Source: Hormiphora californensis
Lineage: Eukaryota > Animalia > Ctenophora
DNA length: 64,000 nucleotides
NCBI GenBank assembly: GCA_020137815.1
Contig: CM035354.1
Span: forward strand, 6,696,001 to 6,760,000
Reading direction: 5' to 3'
Below, piece after piece: positions 41,065-59,629 of the stretch; position 1 is the first letter of the stretch; each line of letters opens with the position of its first letter. The notes under the pieces were generated by a model. The model was not told the origin of the DNA and made no database searches. It was given only the letters and a program-made list of their open reading frames with translations. The translations under genes were made by a program, and so were the position numbers.

Positions 41065-42875
41065 TCACACCGTATCTTTAGCCTGAGTCCGTTGCCAGGC
41101 AATGGTTGCTATGTACTGCGGTATTGTCGGTACAACCCTAACGGGCATTTCCCAAGTTAAAGTAGAAACAGGGACACTCTGTAAGGGTCTCCACTCACAA
41201 TCACTCCCAATCTCCCCACTAACCAGAGTGTTTCCTAAATCCACCAACTCCCCCGAGGATTGTAATTGGGAGATGAGGAACTCGAAGTATACTTGCCACC
41301 TAACCAGCACTAGGTTTGTGGAGAAGGAGTTGACGACATTGAGGGGTATGTGAAGTGAAGCTGAGGTTGAGGCCGTGTGGATGCAGTTTATGGTTGTAAC
41401 ATCGTGTGTTGTAAACCGGCTGTCTGTTTCCGGGATGGTCTCGTGTTCAGGAGATATTGTTTCCATTGCTTGGAGTTTTAGTGTTACCTGAATGTTAGAG
41501 GTTTTAATAGGTGCCAGGCATTTAGATGTCGTAGATGGTGGTCGACAAAAAAGTCGACCACTGATTTTGCAAACTAAATACGTCCTGAGCCAAGAATGCG
41601 GAGGTAAAAAGTGCGTAATGTGATATTATCAACTAACCTGTACACAAGAAACATCCCCGAACTCCAGACCCACTTCAATGGGATCGCCTAGCCTGTACGC
41701 AGAGCGAGACAACCGAACAACACACACCAGCCCCGCATTAGTTTTAACCTCAAAACTACGAGATTTCTTGCAGCATAGAGACTGAGGAGAGAGAGGAAGC
41801 TGGGTTAGGTGTTTGATTTATTATCCGTCAAAATACCGACTCGCTGCACACTTTGGATCAAGCAACAAAAAAACAAGGTGCACAAGGGGGAGGGAGCTGG
41901 GAGAGTGAGCTTAACATACCTGGACTTTGTCCATAAAAATATCTTCAAAATTAATTGTTGGTTCCTTCTTAGCGAAGGGATGGTCCTTTACAGTAGAGGG
42001 AGGACCATTAGTGTGGCTGATGCCTGCAAATAGTTGTGGGTAATAAAGCGCTGAACTGTTTTAGTCAAAGTATGTCGAATAGAATTAAACGGAATACTCA
42101 AACAACAACTATGCAATTACTGACTTACCAGGAAGGTTAATAATTCTAATTGGTAGACTAATCAAAGACACTGGTCTATTGACTCTCTGTAGGCCAACAA
42201 GTACTAAGTAGCTGTACTTGATGTAAGAGCCACGGTAGGAGGGAGGTAAGTGGATCGGAACCGTCCCACTGAACGTAAAAACCTGCAACAAGAGACGGAG
42301 TTTAGTGCGCGCAAAACTCAAATGCTGATGGAGTGTCCTTTTGTCACAACAGAGTGGAAGTAGCATTGCGCGTTCCAGAAAGAGAGGTTGGCAATGCGTA
42401 ACACGGGGCAAGAATTCGGTGCTGCGTAGGGCAGCTGTTTTCACTGCCAGAAACACATACTTTAGGTTGAATTTGGCGGCATTTCTAAGATCACAAAAGA
42501 GGATGTCCGGGTCGGAAGAGAAGAAACCATCGTTAGATCCGTGCCGGGTGAGGGAGGATGAGGAGAGAGATGCAGGGGAGGTGGTGTGGGGGTGGGCCTC
42601 TCTTGCTACTACCACTCTCCTTTCATCTACCCTGGGGGAGGGAGACAATTAACACCCTTTTGGGGGAAGGGAGAGAAACCATTGACACCCTTTTAGGGGA
42701 AACACAGGTCAATCAATGTAATCACTACTAACTTGAGGTGACCAGATATCTGTCCAGTAGCCCATGCCAGTCTATCCGGTTCATCAGTTGGATTGTGTAA
42801 TGTAACCACACATTTGATGGTCTGCCCCACAATAAAAACACCCCCACCATCGACCGTTAACTGCACGTCTATCAT
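41065..42875 (-). CDS. RGP1: RAB6A-GEF complex partner RGP1, 5 exons
   Basis: MIDVQLTVDGGGVFIVGQTIKCVVTLHNP..LAWATGQI; ILFCDL; LPPSYRGSYIKYSY; YRLGDPI; FSTNLVLVRWQVYFEF; TLTWEMPVRVVPT. Confidence 0.88.
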
Positions 42876-43233
42876 CTAAACACCATTTCGTCTTTATACA
42901 CTGTCCACTACATTACATTCCTTTGCTTTGAAGAGGGAGGGATAGATGAGAGGGACATGTACATGAGAAAAGTACACAGTTTTTTAACAGGCACACTGAT
43001 ACAGATTGTTTTTAAGACTCTCGAGAGATATGAATGATAGACGCAATAACTTAGAACATTGGTACCTCTATCAGAGATCAACTTCTAATTAGAAGATACT
43101 TAGAGGGAACAATAGGTATACAAAACACACACATTTCTCTCTCAATAACGACCCAATCAACCTACAACCTCTCTCTTTCTCTCTCAAAGAGTTCATGTTC
43201 TGCCATCTATTTACACGAAAAGGCCTCTCTCCT

Positions 43234-44618
43234 CTAATCCAGCTCGGGCATGAAACAATCCAGATCTCGAATTCTCTGGTTAGAGTAGTCTCGGGATTGG
43301 TCCTCAAAGTGGTCCTGTTGCCAGTAGTAGTTGGTGAACAGGTCATTACGGCTGTACCGAGATGGCTCACCTAACAGGGGGGGGGGGGTAGATTGAGCGG
43401 GTAAGACAATTGAGAGGGTGAAAATTTATAACTTCAACAATAGGAAACTATTACAACATGTTACATACCCGTTACAAACATGTTTCATGTTACCCTTACC
43501 TCCCAATGATACCCTCTCATCATCAGTAAGAAGTTGCCTGAGTTCCCGGGAGGAGTACGGAACAAACACATCTTCCCTCAACATAGTCCTCCTGTGTACA
43601 TCCCACTCATCCCCAACCAACAGTTTCAAATCGCTCTCGTGCTGCTTCCGGGCACGTACCATTCTGGAAAGGAGGGGTCATTGATCATTCACTCGAGCAG
43701 TGATCAGAGTGGTCTACATTTCATATGAAACAATGTAGGGATCCACCGTCCATAAGTTACTCATGTGGTGCTATAATTAGTGAGTAGTGATAATAAGAGT
43801 GGTATACTTCATGTGGTTACATTTTAAACTAAAGAAGGGGTAAATAAAGAAGTGGTATAAACTGCGTGATGACGTCACAAGATCTTATGACGTCATAATA
43901 TAGTTTATTGTCCCTTTTTAGGTCTTGCAAGAGCCGTGCCAACTCACCGTCTGTCCTCTTCAGCCATGAGGAATGGGGTCATCCTGGTCTGCATCCAGTA
44001 ATAGTGGGACTTGTTGACCCTTGGGGAGAGAGGGGGATAAGTAATAGTGGGACTTGTTAACCCTTATATTGGGGAGAGAGGGAGATTTAAAGTAATAGTG
44101 GGACTTGTCACTTGTTAACCCTTGGGAGAGGAAGAGGACCAAAGGGGGTTGAGGGGTGAGGTAGATGGGGAATTGTGTTAGGAGAGATCAGAGAGGATGC
44201 AAGGATGCGGTGAATACTGACAACAAGTAGTTATCAGTCTTCAGTTGACAGCTACTGCAGCAGAGAAGCTGGTACTATCTTGTAGTGTACAAGTTGCTGT
44301 AAGTAGTTAGTAGTAGTTTCTGCGTTAAAGCTCCTGACCTACTTTAAATACCGCGTGGCCCAATAAAAAACTAAGGGTATGTTCTGCAAGTAGGAGGTGA
44401 CTCGTTTTTATTGGTCCACACGGTATTACATTCGTTACTTACGTTGACTCAAATCGAGTGAGCATGGTTTTGTAGATGCAGTAGATACTCCCACCCACGT
44501 AGAGGGAGGCAAAGAAGTAGCCTGGTATAGTTCTTTTTGGGGCGTATCGCTTCCAGTGAATGGGCGCATAGCCCTTAGCAGGAGGCATGTCTTGCCTCAC
44601 TGCTACCTGTCTCGACAT
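43234..44618 (-). CDS. NDUFA13: NADH dehydrogenase subunit NDUFA13 (GRIM-19), 4 exons: 44618-44443, 44019-43948, 43663-43500, 43370-43234
   Basis: RQDMPPAKGYAPIHWKR..P.R..PGY and R...PFLMAEEDRR are GRIM-19 signatures. Junctions splice in frame. Confidence 0.87.
44348..44427. mobile_element. Very short inverted-repeat element in NDUFA13 intron 1
   Basis: aataccgcgtggcccaataaaaa ... tttttattggtccacacggtatt. Confidence 0.5.
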
Positions 44619-45262
44619 GCCTAGAAGACCGTGAGGGTTTATCAAAGATGAAAGAGGGAGGTTTTACTATTTTAACCACCACCGGGATCAAGGAGAGGAC
44701 AGGAGGATTCTACAACCTGCTCTAATTATCTTCTGATTCTTGAGAATAGGAAGAATAATAGGAAGGAATCATACTCTTCAAAACAACGAGCAACGGCGAT
44801 TACCAACGGACCCGGCAGCCGGCTAACGCCTAACGCAGTGCACAAGAGTGATGATTTAGTGACCCTCGACTTTTTAAAGTAAGGGAAGTAGAAATATAGA
44901 GAGTCGGACAGAAGAAGAGGTATGAACACAAACAAGGAAAACAGCGTGGTGTTGTGTTAATTAAATATAATACAACTCAAACTAAACATAACGCATCAAA
45001 TAAAGTTTTCAAAAGTTTACACATTGATTTTACTGGTCATGCTGAAAATCTGCTTTAACATAAATGTTCCTGAATGACATGACATGTTATATATAATTGT
45101 GTAGACGTGAATAAGAAGTGACTGTAACAGCTGTTGTAAGCAAAAAAAGGTCAAAATTAAAAATCCCCAACACCAACAAACACGACGACCCATCTCTCAA
45201 TAATAAATCAGTTCAGTTCAGTGCATTGACAATCAATGATTGTCCCCGATTACGACAGTTTC

Positions 45263-47644
45263 TCATTTAGTTCTCCTTCTCTTTGGGTTACGTCCAGAAA
45301 GCAGTTGTGCACGGAGTTGCTGTTGGATTAGTGCTGATGTTTCAGTGAGGTCAGCCTTCCGTTCAGCTGAGAGGGGTTGTAGTAAACCGTTCCTCGCCTC
45401 CTCTCGCTCTTTCTTGGTCAACTGAAAAGAAGTGTGGATAGTTAGAAAGCATACGAGAATCAAAAAACTCATAAATGAATGGTAGCATACATGGAGCATA
45501 CATTCAGCAAAGAACACCATACAGAATTATCAATGGTTTCTTACAAAATACCCAAAATATGTTCATGGTTACCTTTGAGGTGCTGCTCTCGTATTGTTCC
45601 CGTGCCTTGATATATGACAACTTCTGTTTCTCCATAATTAGCCGGATTACACACTCGGGGAGGATCACATCAAGACTAAAGGTTGGTGACAGGTCTTTGT
45701 GGCTGAAAATATACCATTTATTAGATCCTAACTGTAAGATTCTATTGTGGTCCCCAATATCGATGTGTACTCAGCTCAGGAAGGGCGTTGGAAAATTATT
45801 ATGGATCACACTGTCCCTAATATCAAAAACCTGACAAACTTACTCATTAGCAAGTTTCATTTGAAGTGTCTGCACGGCATCAATAATCCTCTGCTCCTGA
45901 AGCTGAGTCTTGGCAAAACCCCCAAAAAGAGGACTAGAACCCACAACAGGGACCTTTTTCAGGTAATGGGACTTTAAACGGCCCTTCAAAATATCAGTCA
46001 GGATTTTCATCCCCTTTTTCTCAATGAAGAAAACAAGTTGGTTTTTCCCCATGCGGGGCGATACGGGCTCCTCGGCTGCAGCGTGTACTCTGGGGGAGGA
46101 AAGGGGTTAAATCTGAGAACAATTATTCAATATTCAACAATCAAATTGCTGAATATTGTAATAAAGTGTGAAACAACTGGACCAACTAACCCATTATTGA
46201 AATTGAGATGTATCAACGGCACCCTCTCACTCCCATGCTCCTTCACAAACGCTTCGTGGGCCTCCCTGTACGCCTGTTTAAAGCCCCCTGAGAGAGGTGA
46301 ATTGATCCCACTGTCCACGTGACCTGAATGCCCAGGACAGTCAAAATGGGACACTTTTGACACCTCGGTCCTTATAGCTGGTCCCTCACATTGGATGTAA
46401 TCCAACCAGGCAAAACCAGACTTCACTTCAACAATCTAGGGAGGGAAATTTGGAGTTATATAACTATTTTATAAATGACGAGCTCAAATCTGAATACATT
46501 TAAAAACCGGTATCACTCTGTTTAAATCTGATTGATACCTTAGCAGGCCATGTGGGGTGTCTCCTGTACTTGCCCCATACAATATCCCCAACACTAAACC
46601 CGCTGCTGTTGATGTTCTCAGTTTTCCGTCTCTTACCTGATCTGGGAGATTTTGGTGCTACATTGAGAATTGGCGGGAAAACCAGGAAATATGCTGTTGT
46701 TCAGTTCAATTCCAGACTACCCTAGTCTGCTATGATTTTATCTCGCAATTCTTGCATAATATTTAATCCGAAAAAGAAAATAATCCTAATTAGATTCGCA
46801 TTCGCATTCATAATAATATTTCCTACAGTGAATAAGACTTATATTCATAGTAAACCCATGGTGCGGCTTATAATATTCTTGGACAAAAATATATTAATAT
46901 CTGCTGTATTGGATTGGACGCATGTAATCAGGCTTATTCCGAATGATCTTATCAGTTATCAGGCCGTATTCTTGGTCCCGTTTGTTGTTAAATACAAAGT
47001 ATTTTGCACATTTAGTTCTATTTAGTTCTCAATTCCAAGTTTGGTTTACCTGGTCGAGGGGGTGCCAGGTGTTACCAGTTTCGTCTCTAAGATCCCTTCT
47101 GAAGCCTTATCCAGGATCTTGTTCATCTCAATTTTAGCAGCCTCCCAATGTGTATCCTTCTGGGCTTCTTTCTAGTAAAATGAGAGAGATCATTCACCAC
47201 GCTTTTATGTCAAACTCCGATTTATCGGTCCCGAAAAATTATCATGGTTTGGGTAAATCGTATTCTGACTGTTATACATTTGGACCCCGATTTACCGGGA
47301 TACTCGGGGCAAGGGATTTGCCCGGTAACGGGTAAATCGGGGTCCGACTGTTATATATATTGGCCATAAGTTGACCGCGGTTAGAAAACACGATAGCTTA
47401 CCTCATGAACAGAATCAGCTGTATAGAGCTCCACTTTCTTAGCCTGAACAGATCCCTTACTGCCCGGTTTCCCCAACACCCTCACCATTACCGTCTGATC
47501 TCTGTGAACGGAGGTAACCAGTCCTGGCCACATAGTTGTAGAGTTGGAGGTAGTGGCCCAAACGAGGTCTCCCTTCACCGGGTCATGATCTGCTGACTCA
47601 TCATCCAGAAAGCTCGCATCCAGAAGATCTTCATCATCGGACAT
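45263..47644 (-). CDS. PWWP-domain protein, PWWP3A/MUM1 (EXPAND1)-like, multi-exon
   Basis: Two PWWP-like motifs (GDLVWA..TMWPGLV; VGDIVWGKYRRHPTWPAK). C-terminal NQLVFFIEKKG..ILKGR and FSLDVILPECVI resemble the MUM1 C-terminal region. Confidence 0.65.
47210..47351. mobile_element. Short/degenerate copies of the CAGTCGGACCCCGATTTA MITE family
   Basis: ggaccccgatttaccggg...gtaaatcggggtccgactgt; same termini as 55051-55869, and another partial copy lies at ~7770-7870. Confidence 0.65.
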
Positions 47645-48331
47645 TTAGGAGCGGGGCGGTAGGAACTCTCTTTCTCTCAGGCGAAGGAAGCTATCAGCTA
47701 GGTAACAACTGGGTATCTTGGCACAGCAAATAAGGAAATCAGATACTTTCCGGTGAGGCAGCAGACAAAGTGTTTAAAGTAGAGCTGGCTAGTAGAACAC
47801 AACGCTAAATATGGGGAGAGAGTGGGCGTTAGAGTGTCTAATGATGGGAAACAGTTGCATGTTAACTGATATATGAGAATAAAGAGGCAACTCGATACAT
47901 ATAGTGGGTACGTGGGCATGGGAAACTGCGAAGACTTGTTGTGTCTGATGAGGATAATGTTCCAATTAAGACACACAGATAAACACGACAATTTAGTTAC
48001 CAGAGAGATCTAATTATAAGCAGTTAAAAATTTGGATAAAAACTTCTTTTTCTCATCATCTTATTATCTGAATATAAAAGGTGTAAAAAACAAAAGCGAT
48101 TTACCTGAGGCTATGTACATATTACAGTACAGCAAGAGAAACACACACGAACACGGAAATATTACACACTTCACTCAACAGTCTCTCTTTCTCTCCCTCT
48201 CTCTCTCTTTCTATCTCTCTCCCTCTCTCTTCCTCTCTCTCCCCTTCTCTAATCTCTCTCTTACAATGCTAGCCATAAATAGATAAATTTACCAGATTTT
48301 CCCCCAACTATAAGTTAATTTCCTTCACTCA

Positions 48332-49312
48332 TCACAGTCCCTTGTTAAAGTAAAGCACACTCGCGGTAGATCCACCCTCTCTCATCTTTTCCACAATCTC
48401 CGGCTCTAGTGACCCAACCGAGATGGAGCTCTTTTGCTCAAAGATAGCACAGGCGAGGGGTGTGGCAAAGGTCAGGATAGCACCGATAATCAAAACCTGA
48501 GCGGGTGCCATAAACTTTGCCCTGGATCCCTTGAAAATATTGGTCCGATTCTCGACGGAGTTCATGATGACGGGAGTCAGGGCCATACCAGGCATTGCCA
48601 TGATGATCCTACTGATGGTTACCTGGGCAACAGCACTCTTGGCAGCGGTCCTACTTTGCCCCACCACATTACCCTCCTCATCCAGGACGTCAATGCCGTT
48701 AAGGAACTCACTCTGTCTCATCATGGGAATGTTGACGCAGTTGGCAGCCGCCACTGCAGTGAAGGGAACCAGCCTCCCAACCAAGGTGGGTAGCCGTGCA
48801 GTGGCTTTGTTTAGGCCCACAGCCACTCCTACAGCACACCCAGTAGCAGCGAGGTAGGATCTGAGGAGAAGTGACTCAGGGATATCAGATTTACCGGAGC
48901 GGTTTGTGTAGTTAACCACCGCATTGAAAGACTGGTTAATCCACTGCCAAAACAGGATGGCTGGGGTGGAGCGGTAAAAGGTCAACATACACCCACAGAT
49001 GGTCATATTTCCCGGAACTTGGAAACTCATCCTTCCAGGTAAAAACATCTTCTCCCCCGTCTCAGGGTGGAACGCACTTTCATACATCTTTTTGGCGGCA
49101 AACACTTGATCGTCGGTAGTTCCTGCTGGTTCCTTGCCAGCACGGTATGAGTGCAGAAGCTCCTTAGCCCCATCCAACTGAGAGCTAGTTAGGAGTGAGT
49201 TCCGGGGGTCGGTTACCGAGAAGAAGTGCTTAGCACGACCTAGGAAGGTGTCTTGGAGCCATCGGGGTTTGTCCAGGTCTATCCGACCATCAATCTTGGG
49301 TGCTTCAGCCAT
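48332..49312 (-). CDS. SFXN: Sideroflexin (mitochondrial serine/amino-acid carrier), single coding exon
   Basis: 326-aa ORF with PRW.QDTFLGRAKHFFSVTDPRN, SAFHPETGEKM..GRMSFQVP, FWQWINQSFNAVVNYTNRSG, VPFTAVAAANCVNIPMMRQSE and YFNKGL. Confidence 0.96.
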   Translation of the reverse strand: MAEAPKIDGRIDLDKPRWLQDTFLGRAKHFFSVTDPRNSLLTSSQLDGAKELLHSYRAGKEPAGTTDDQVFAAKKMYESAFHPETGEKMFLPGRMSFQVPGNMTICGCMLTFYRSTPAILFWQWINQSFNAVVNYTNRSGKSDIPESLLLRSYLAATGCAVGVAVGLNKATARLPTLVGRLVPFTAVAAANCVNIPMMRQSEFLNGIDVLDEEGNVVGQSRTAAKSAVAQVTISRIIMAMPGMALTPVIMNSVENRTNIFKGSRAKFMAPAQVLIIGAILTFATPLACAIFEQKSSISVGSLEPEIVEKMREGGSTASVLYFNKGL

Positions 49313-49573
49313 GCCTAGAATGGGAAAGTGCGGGGTTAGAGATAGAATGTAAAGGCGAGATGCTTTACAATGTCAGCATTTGCAAACTAATGACCCATTA
49401 GTAATGGGTGCACATTGTGCACTGCACAAGGCGGACACGCGACAAATACAAACTGCAAAATTGCAAAGGACAAATAAAGATTGCTCACTTGCGTAAACAC
49501 TCGCGAATCAGGCCCTGCAGACAGGCATTATAAAGAGAGAGAGCGAGAAAGAGGGAGAGATAGACAGGGAGGC

Positions 49574-49654
<81 letters not shown>

Positions 49655-50236
49655 CAGGGAGAGAGATGAAGATAAAGGAGGTTTGACAGAGAAGCGACCT
49701 GCAACAGAGCAGATTTAAACAAACAATGCACAGTTAGCAGCCGCAAAATATGTAAGCCACTGAATTGTAAATAAAATGGCCTCACTGTAGAGTGATAGTG
49801 GAACAGGAATTGTACATGCAAAGGTGAAACATGGAGAGGGAGATAACATAGTTATTATTCTCGTTCCTCTCTCATTCATTACACTAACATTCTCTCTCCC
49901 TATAAATTACAATATCCTCTCTCACACAAGTCTTTATATTTGGAATGTTCCAATACGGAAGCCTATTATTCCCACACACAGACACAAATAATGGGCCAAT
50001 GGTGAACAACAATATATGCAACAATTATGTCACATATTATAATGGAAGAATTACGTCATGAATTATGAAACGTAAATCTCCACGTGAGATTAGTAAAATG
50101 GTTCGACACCAATTCGAACGTTAGGTTAAAAATTAATAAATAAATTGCGAGACGTCATCTGAATGTCCGTAAAAGACATGTGGCCTGCCACTTCCAACCA
50201 AATTTCACGTTTTTAAGAGCACCAACCAACAACATT

Positions 50237-50612
50237 TCAGAAGCTTTCATCGAGAAGTGTTCCTTTGTGCCGTTTTGTTTTGTGCTCGGTCTGTTCTTTG
50301 GAGTTGGGGTTGGGTTTCTTGTCTCGAGCGAGCTGTTGAGCGATTATTCGGGCATTCATCTGGTAGGACGCTTCCGCTTCGTGCTGACGGGAGAGAGAGG
50401 AGAATTTAGGGAAAATAAGGAGGGTTCGACCTTAAAATTATCATTCGCAACTTTGCACTATATAAATATGTATCTATATAGCGTTCATTTCTGTCATATA
50501 TATTTAAAGAGAGAATAGAGAGATAGTTGACCGAGCATGTGAGAGAGATGTATGTTCATTATCTACCATTAGCGTAATTAATGTGACTAGAGGAAATGTA
50601 AGTTCGCACTCC

Positions 50613-50708
<96 letters not shown>

Positions 50709-51770
50709 ATTGTAATGTATTGCCATTATGTATAAGGTAGACATATAGAGCTTTTATGAATCGTTTATACTACTACATTGCTTGTATTAAAGATCATATA
50801 TTGCAATAGAGATGATGATAGTAGCTACAAAGCAAATTGAGTGGGAGTAGAGAGGCAGAAAAGAAGAAATTGTAGAAGGAAATGACAAATGTGCCTACCC
50901 TTTCCATTTCATTCTCTTCTTCATCCACTGTAGAGACAGTGACACTACCGAATTTGCCTGCTTCCCTCGTCATCTTGGTCAGCTTTATATTCTTCTTCTC
51001 CGCACCCTTGCCCTTAACTGACATGGCCAGATCTACCACAAGACCACCTGGTAAACAGAATAACTTCAATTTTGTACTTTTAAAATGCACAGAATTATGG
51101 GTTTTAGTTTTGTAGAAAGATCTAAATTAGTGATCATAACGCACCTTTGATGATAAAATAGAGGTGGCTTGTTGGTGATGGTCGATAGAAGATGGGTACT
51201 TTGCAGGTCTTGCAATTTTGAAACACCCTCATCTCGTATCCATCTGTCCGTCTAATGAAAATAGTTTTTCCTTCCTCCGTATGGAACTGTAAATGAAGAT
51301 CATAAAATCAGATCCAATATCCATGCACACAAATTAATTTGTATTTAATAAACAACTACTTTATATCAAAATTGAATTCATTGTTTAATTCTATAAAATC
51401 TGTTGAACTTACTTTGGCAGTTCGTTTTGAGGTATCAATAACCCGAGCACCGTCCCTCCTTCGAAGGGGTAGTTCCTCAAGAACCACATCAGCAATCACT
51501 GCCACCTGCATGGTGTAAGTGGAGAATTCTACATACAGTAATTAACAAGATAATTAATCAAAACCACTGTTATTTTGTATTTACACGACACTTAATTAAT
51601 AATCAATGGTATGAATTAAATCAAACTGCACACAGATTAGTGTTTTGTCAGGGTACCTGCTTGCAGAGGCATCTGAATACATTGAGCGAGACACTGGCAC
51701 TGTCATACTCTTCCTGGTCTTTGGAATCAGTCACCAGAATAGGCCGATACTGAAACCTACCGCCAGACAT
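50237..51770 (-). CDS. STEEP1: STEEP1/CXorf56 (UPF0428), 5 exons
   Basis: Spliced MSGGRFQYRPILVTDSKDQEEYD..VFRCLCKQVAVIAD..LEELPLRRRDGARVID; CKTCKVPIFY; GKFGSVTVSTVDEEE; SYQMNARII; KGTLLD. Confidence 0.88.
50616..50705. repeat. (TA)n microsatellite; long (GA/CT)n tracts also occur at ~6990, ~8160, ~11080, ~49580 and ~56080
   Basis: Directly visible dinucleotide runs. Confidence 0.95.
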
Positions 51771-51781
51771 TGCCTACAGCT

Positions 51782-52118
51782 AACTGAGAATAAATTATTT
51801 AGTTTTAACTCTTTATCTCTCTTTTGTTAGTGGGATTACCACTAATCAGGCAGTTGTACGATAATACTAGGTGTAGCCTGTTATAGGTAACAAGTGTAAA
51901 AATATTTCCGTTTGAGGTTACACTGTTACTTGTTTGTGTAGGTCGGACTTTTTACTGCATGTGACGTGCGTGGCGGTGGTACCACAGAGGTACAATAATG
52001 TTTATATAGATCTCTTTATTCAGAATTTTTATATAATGTAATCGCGTCTGATCATTGTTCTCAGTAGTCAGTTCACACTTTTTTTCTGTTCTATTCAATT
52101 CACGAGTTTTTACTTTTT
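51782..52118. promoter_or_regulatory. Candidate bidirectional promoter between STEEP1 (-) and amidinotransferase paralog 1 (+)
   Basis: Head-to-head ATGs at 51770 and 52132. The interval contains tgacgtg (CRE/G-box-like) and TATA-like tatataa/tatata. Confidence 0.5.
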
Positions 52119-52131
52119 AGCTGAGTCTAAT

Positions 52132-57779
<5,648 letters not shown>

Positions 57780-57894
57780 CAAAACACTTTTCATTTAAAT
57801 AGAAAATAAAAGAGGAGTCAATCTTTTAGTCAAAATCCCAAACACAATTAAAATTTCTAACAGGAAGACCTGAACAAAATAACAGACTGAAAAA

Positions 57895-58158
57895 CTAGAC
57901 GATTAAAAACTCTGGCAGTTTGACACTTTCTTCTCTCTCCTTTTGTTCGTATTCATCCAGGCGGTGCCAGACTTTAATTGTATGCACATAACACCCATAA
58001 CACACGGAGACGATGAGGAGAAGGAAGATGCAACTGAGGGACATGGAGAGGAAGCTTCTTCTGGCGAAGGTGTCCCCCCATACTTCCTGCCAGTACGTTT
58101 TTGGATCCACATCGATCGGAGTGAGATCAGAGGGTTGCGATGTCCAGGAATCCATCAT
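57895..58158 (-). CDS. Orphan 87-aa single-pass membrane protein
   Basis: Intronless ORF with one hydrophobic segment (FLSMSLSCIFLLLIVSVCYGCYV) and a charged tail. It has an upstream TTAG|C acceptor at 58186-58187 like the neighbouring genes. Confidence 0.6.
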   Translation of the reverse strand: MMDSWTSQPSDLTPIDVDPKTYWQEVWGDTFARRSFLSMSLSCIFLLLIVSVCYGCYVHTIKVWHRLDEYEQKEREESVKLPEFLIV

Positions 58159-58609
58159 GTCAAAATATGTGTGTGGAGGGAATCGCTAAACTGACACTAA
58201 ACTGACTGTGTATAAACTGCTAAAAACCGCCGCCGATTTTATAGTTAACTGGGAAGAAGGACTGATAGTTTTACCACAGACACATATATATATTTACACA
58301 GTACACAAACATGTACGAATACGCCTTCTATTAGCAATGTGTAACAATTTAAATGGCCATACCCTTAAATCTCATTACAAAGATCAACTGATGCCAGCCA
58401 AATGCCAGCCAGGAGAGAAGAGAAAATAACAAACGACATATATTCCGGGTGCAGTCTATTTGACGCCACCACTATTAATCGTTTTATTGTTAGTTTGTCG
58501 CTGTATTCATTGAGTTAAGCCTAGGCCTGAACTTGTTTTGTTCAAACTCTTTTACTTCCCCCGGGGCGCAGGGAAGGAGGGTCGAACAAGGCAAGCCTGA
58601 ACGTATATA

Positions 58610-59629
58610 CAGGGTGTCCCACTGTCTTTGCGTGACCTATGATTTTGAGTGATGAGTGGGTTCCATTCAAATGCTCATAACTCATCGAAAAATTGGTCAA
58701 AACGGCTCAACCAAAAACAGTGTTGTAGAGAATTGTCAGGCGAACATTTGGGTACAAGATTGATGTTCCAAGTCTTACCAACCGTCAGATATATCGTCTT
58801 AAAGTCAAAAATACGTGTTCATGAAATCCGACCGGGGTTCACGTTTTGAAAAATTCACAAATGCAAAGTTGCTCGGATCACATTGCATCCCTCATAAGAG
58901 TTGTAGGAAATTGTCTGGCGGTCATTTTGGTACCCGAGTTTTTGTCCTAGCTCAATGTTTAGAGTGTCTTATGACTGTCAGAACTGGAATTTTCACAAAA
59001 GTGGTCTCAGGTATCGCATTACATTTTGCCCTGTTATGAAGCTCATTGCTGCTTGAATAACATCTTAGTGCATGATAGGGTTGAGATAGACCACTTGCGT
59101 ATCCTACACATTAACAGGGGCCTTGCCAAATCGTCATAACAACCCTGTCAAGTGTCTAGATGAAATTGAGACGATATGTGCTGATTATCATGGGATTACA
59201 CACGACACCGAGCCACCTAATTAGGCGTTGTGAGCCGATACCAACTAAGACTCAGCGTAGACAAATCCTTATGTTCCTACAGTCATAACGCAACTAAAAC
59301 GTAGAGCTATGGATAAAATCATGATATCAAAATGAACCTTAGACGATTCCAATGAAGCCCTTATAAATTTCAAACCATTTTACCCATTTGTTGATGACAC
59401 GTGATCCCCTCAAAAATGTTGGTTGAATTTCGTCTTTAGACAGTCATAAGACAGTCTAAACATTAAGCTAGGACAAAAACCCGGGTACCAAAGTGACCGC
59501 CAGACAGTTTCCTACAACTCGTATGAGGGATGCAATGTGATCCGAGCAACTTTGCATATGTGAATTTTTCAAAACGTGAACCCCGGTCGGATTTCATGAA
59601 CACGTATTTTTGACTTTAAGACGATATAT
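58610..59629. mobile_element. Truncated Tc1/mariner-like element with long inverted arms
   Basis: TA|cagggtgtccc left end. 58788-58979 is the near-perfect reverse complement of 59439-59629; the outer right arm is missing. Confidence 0.7.
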
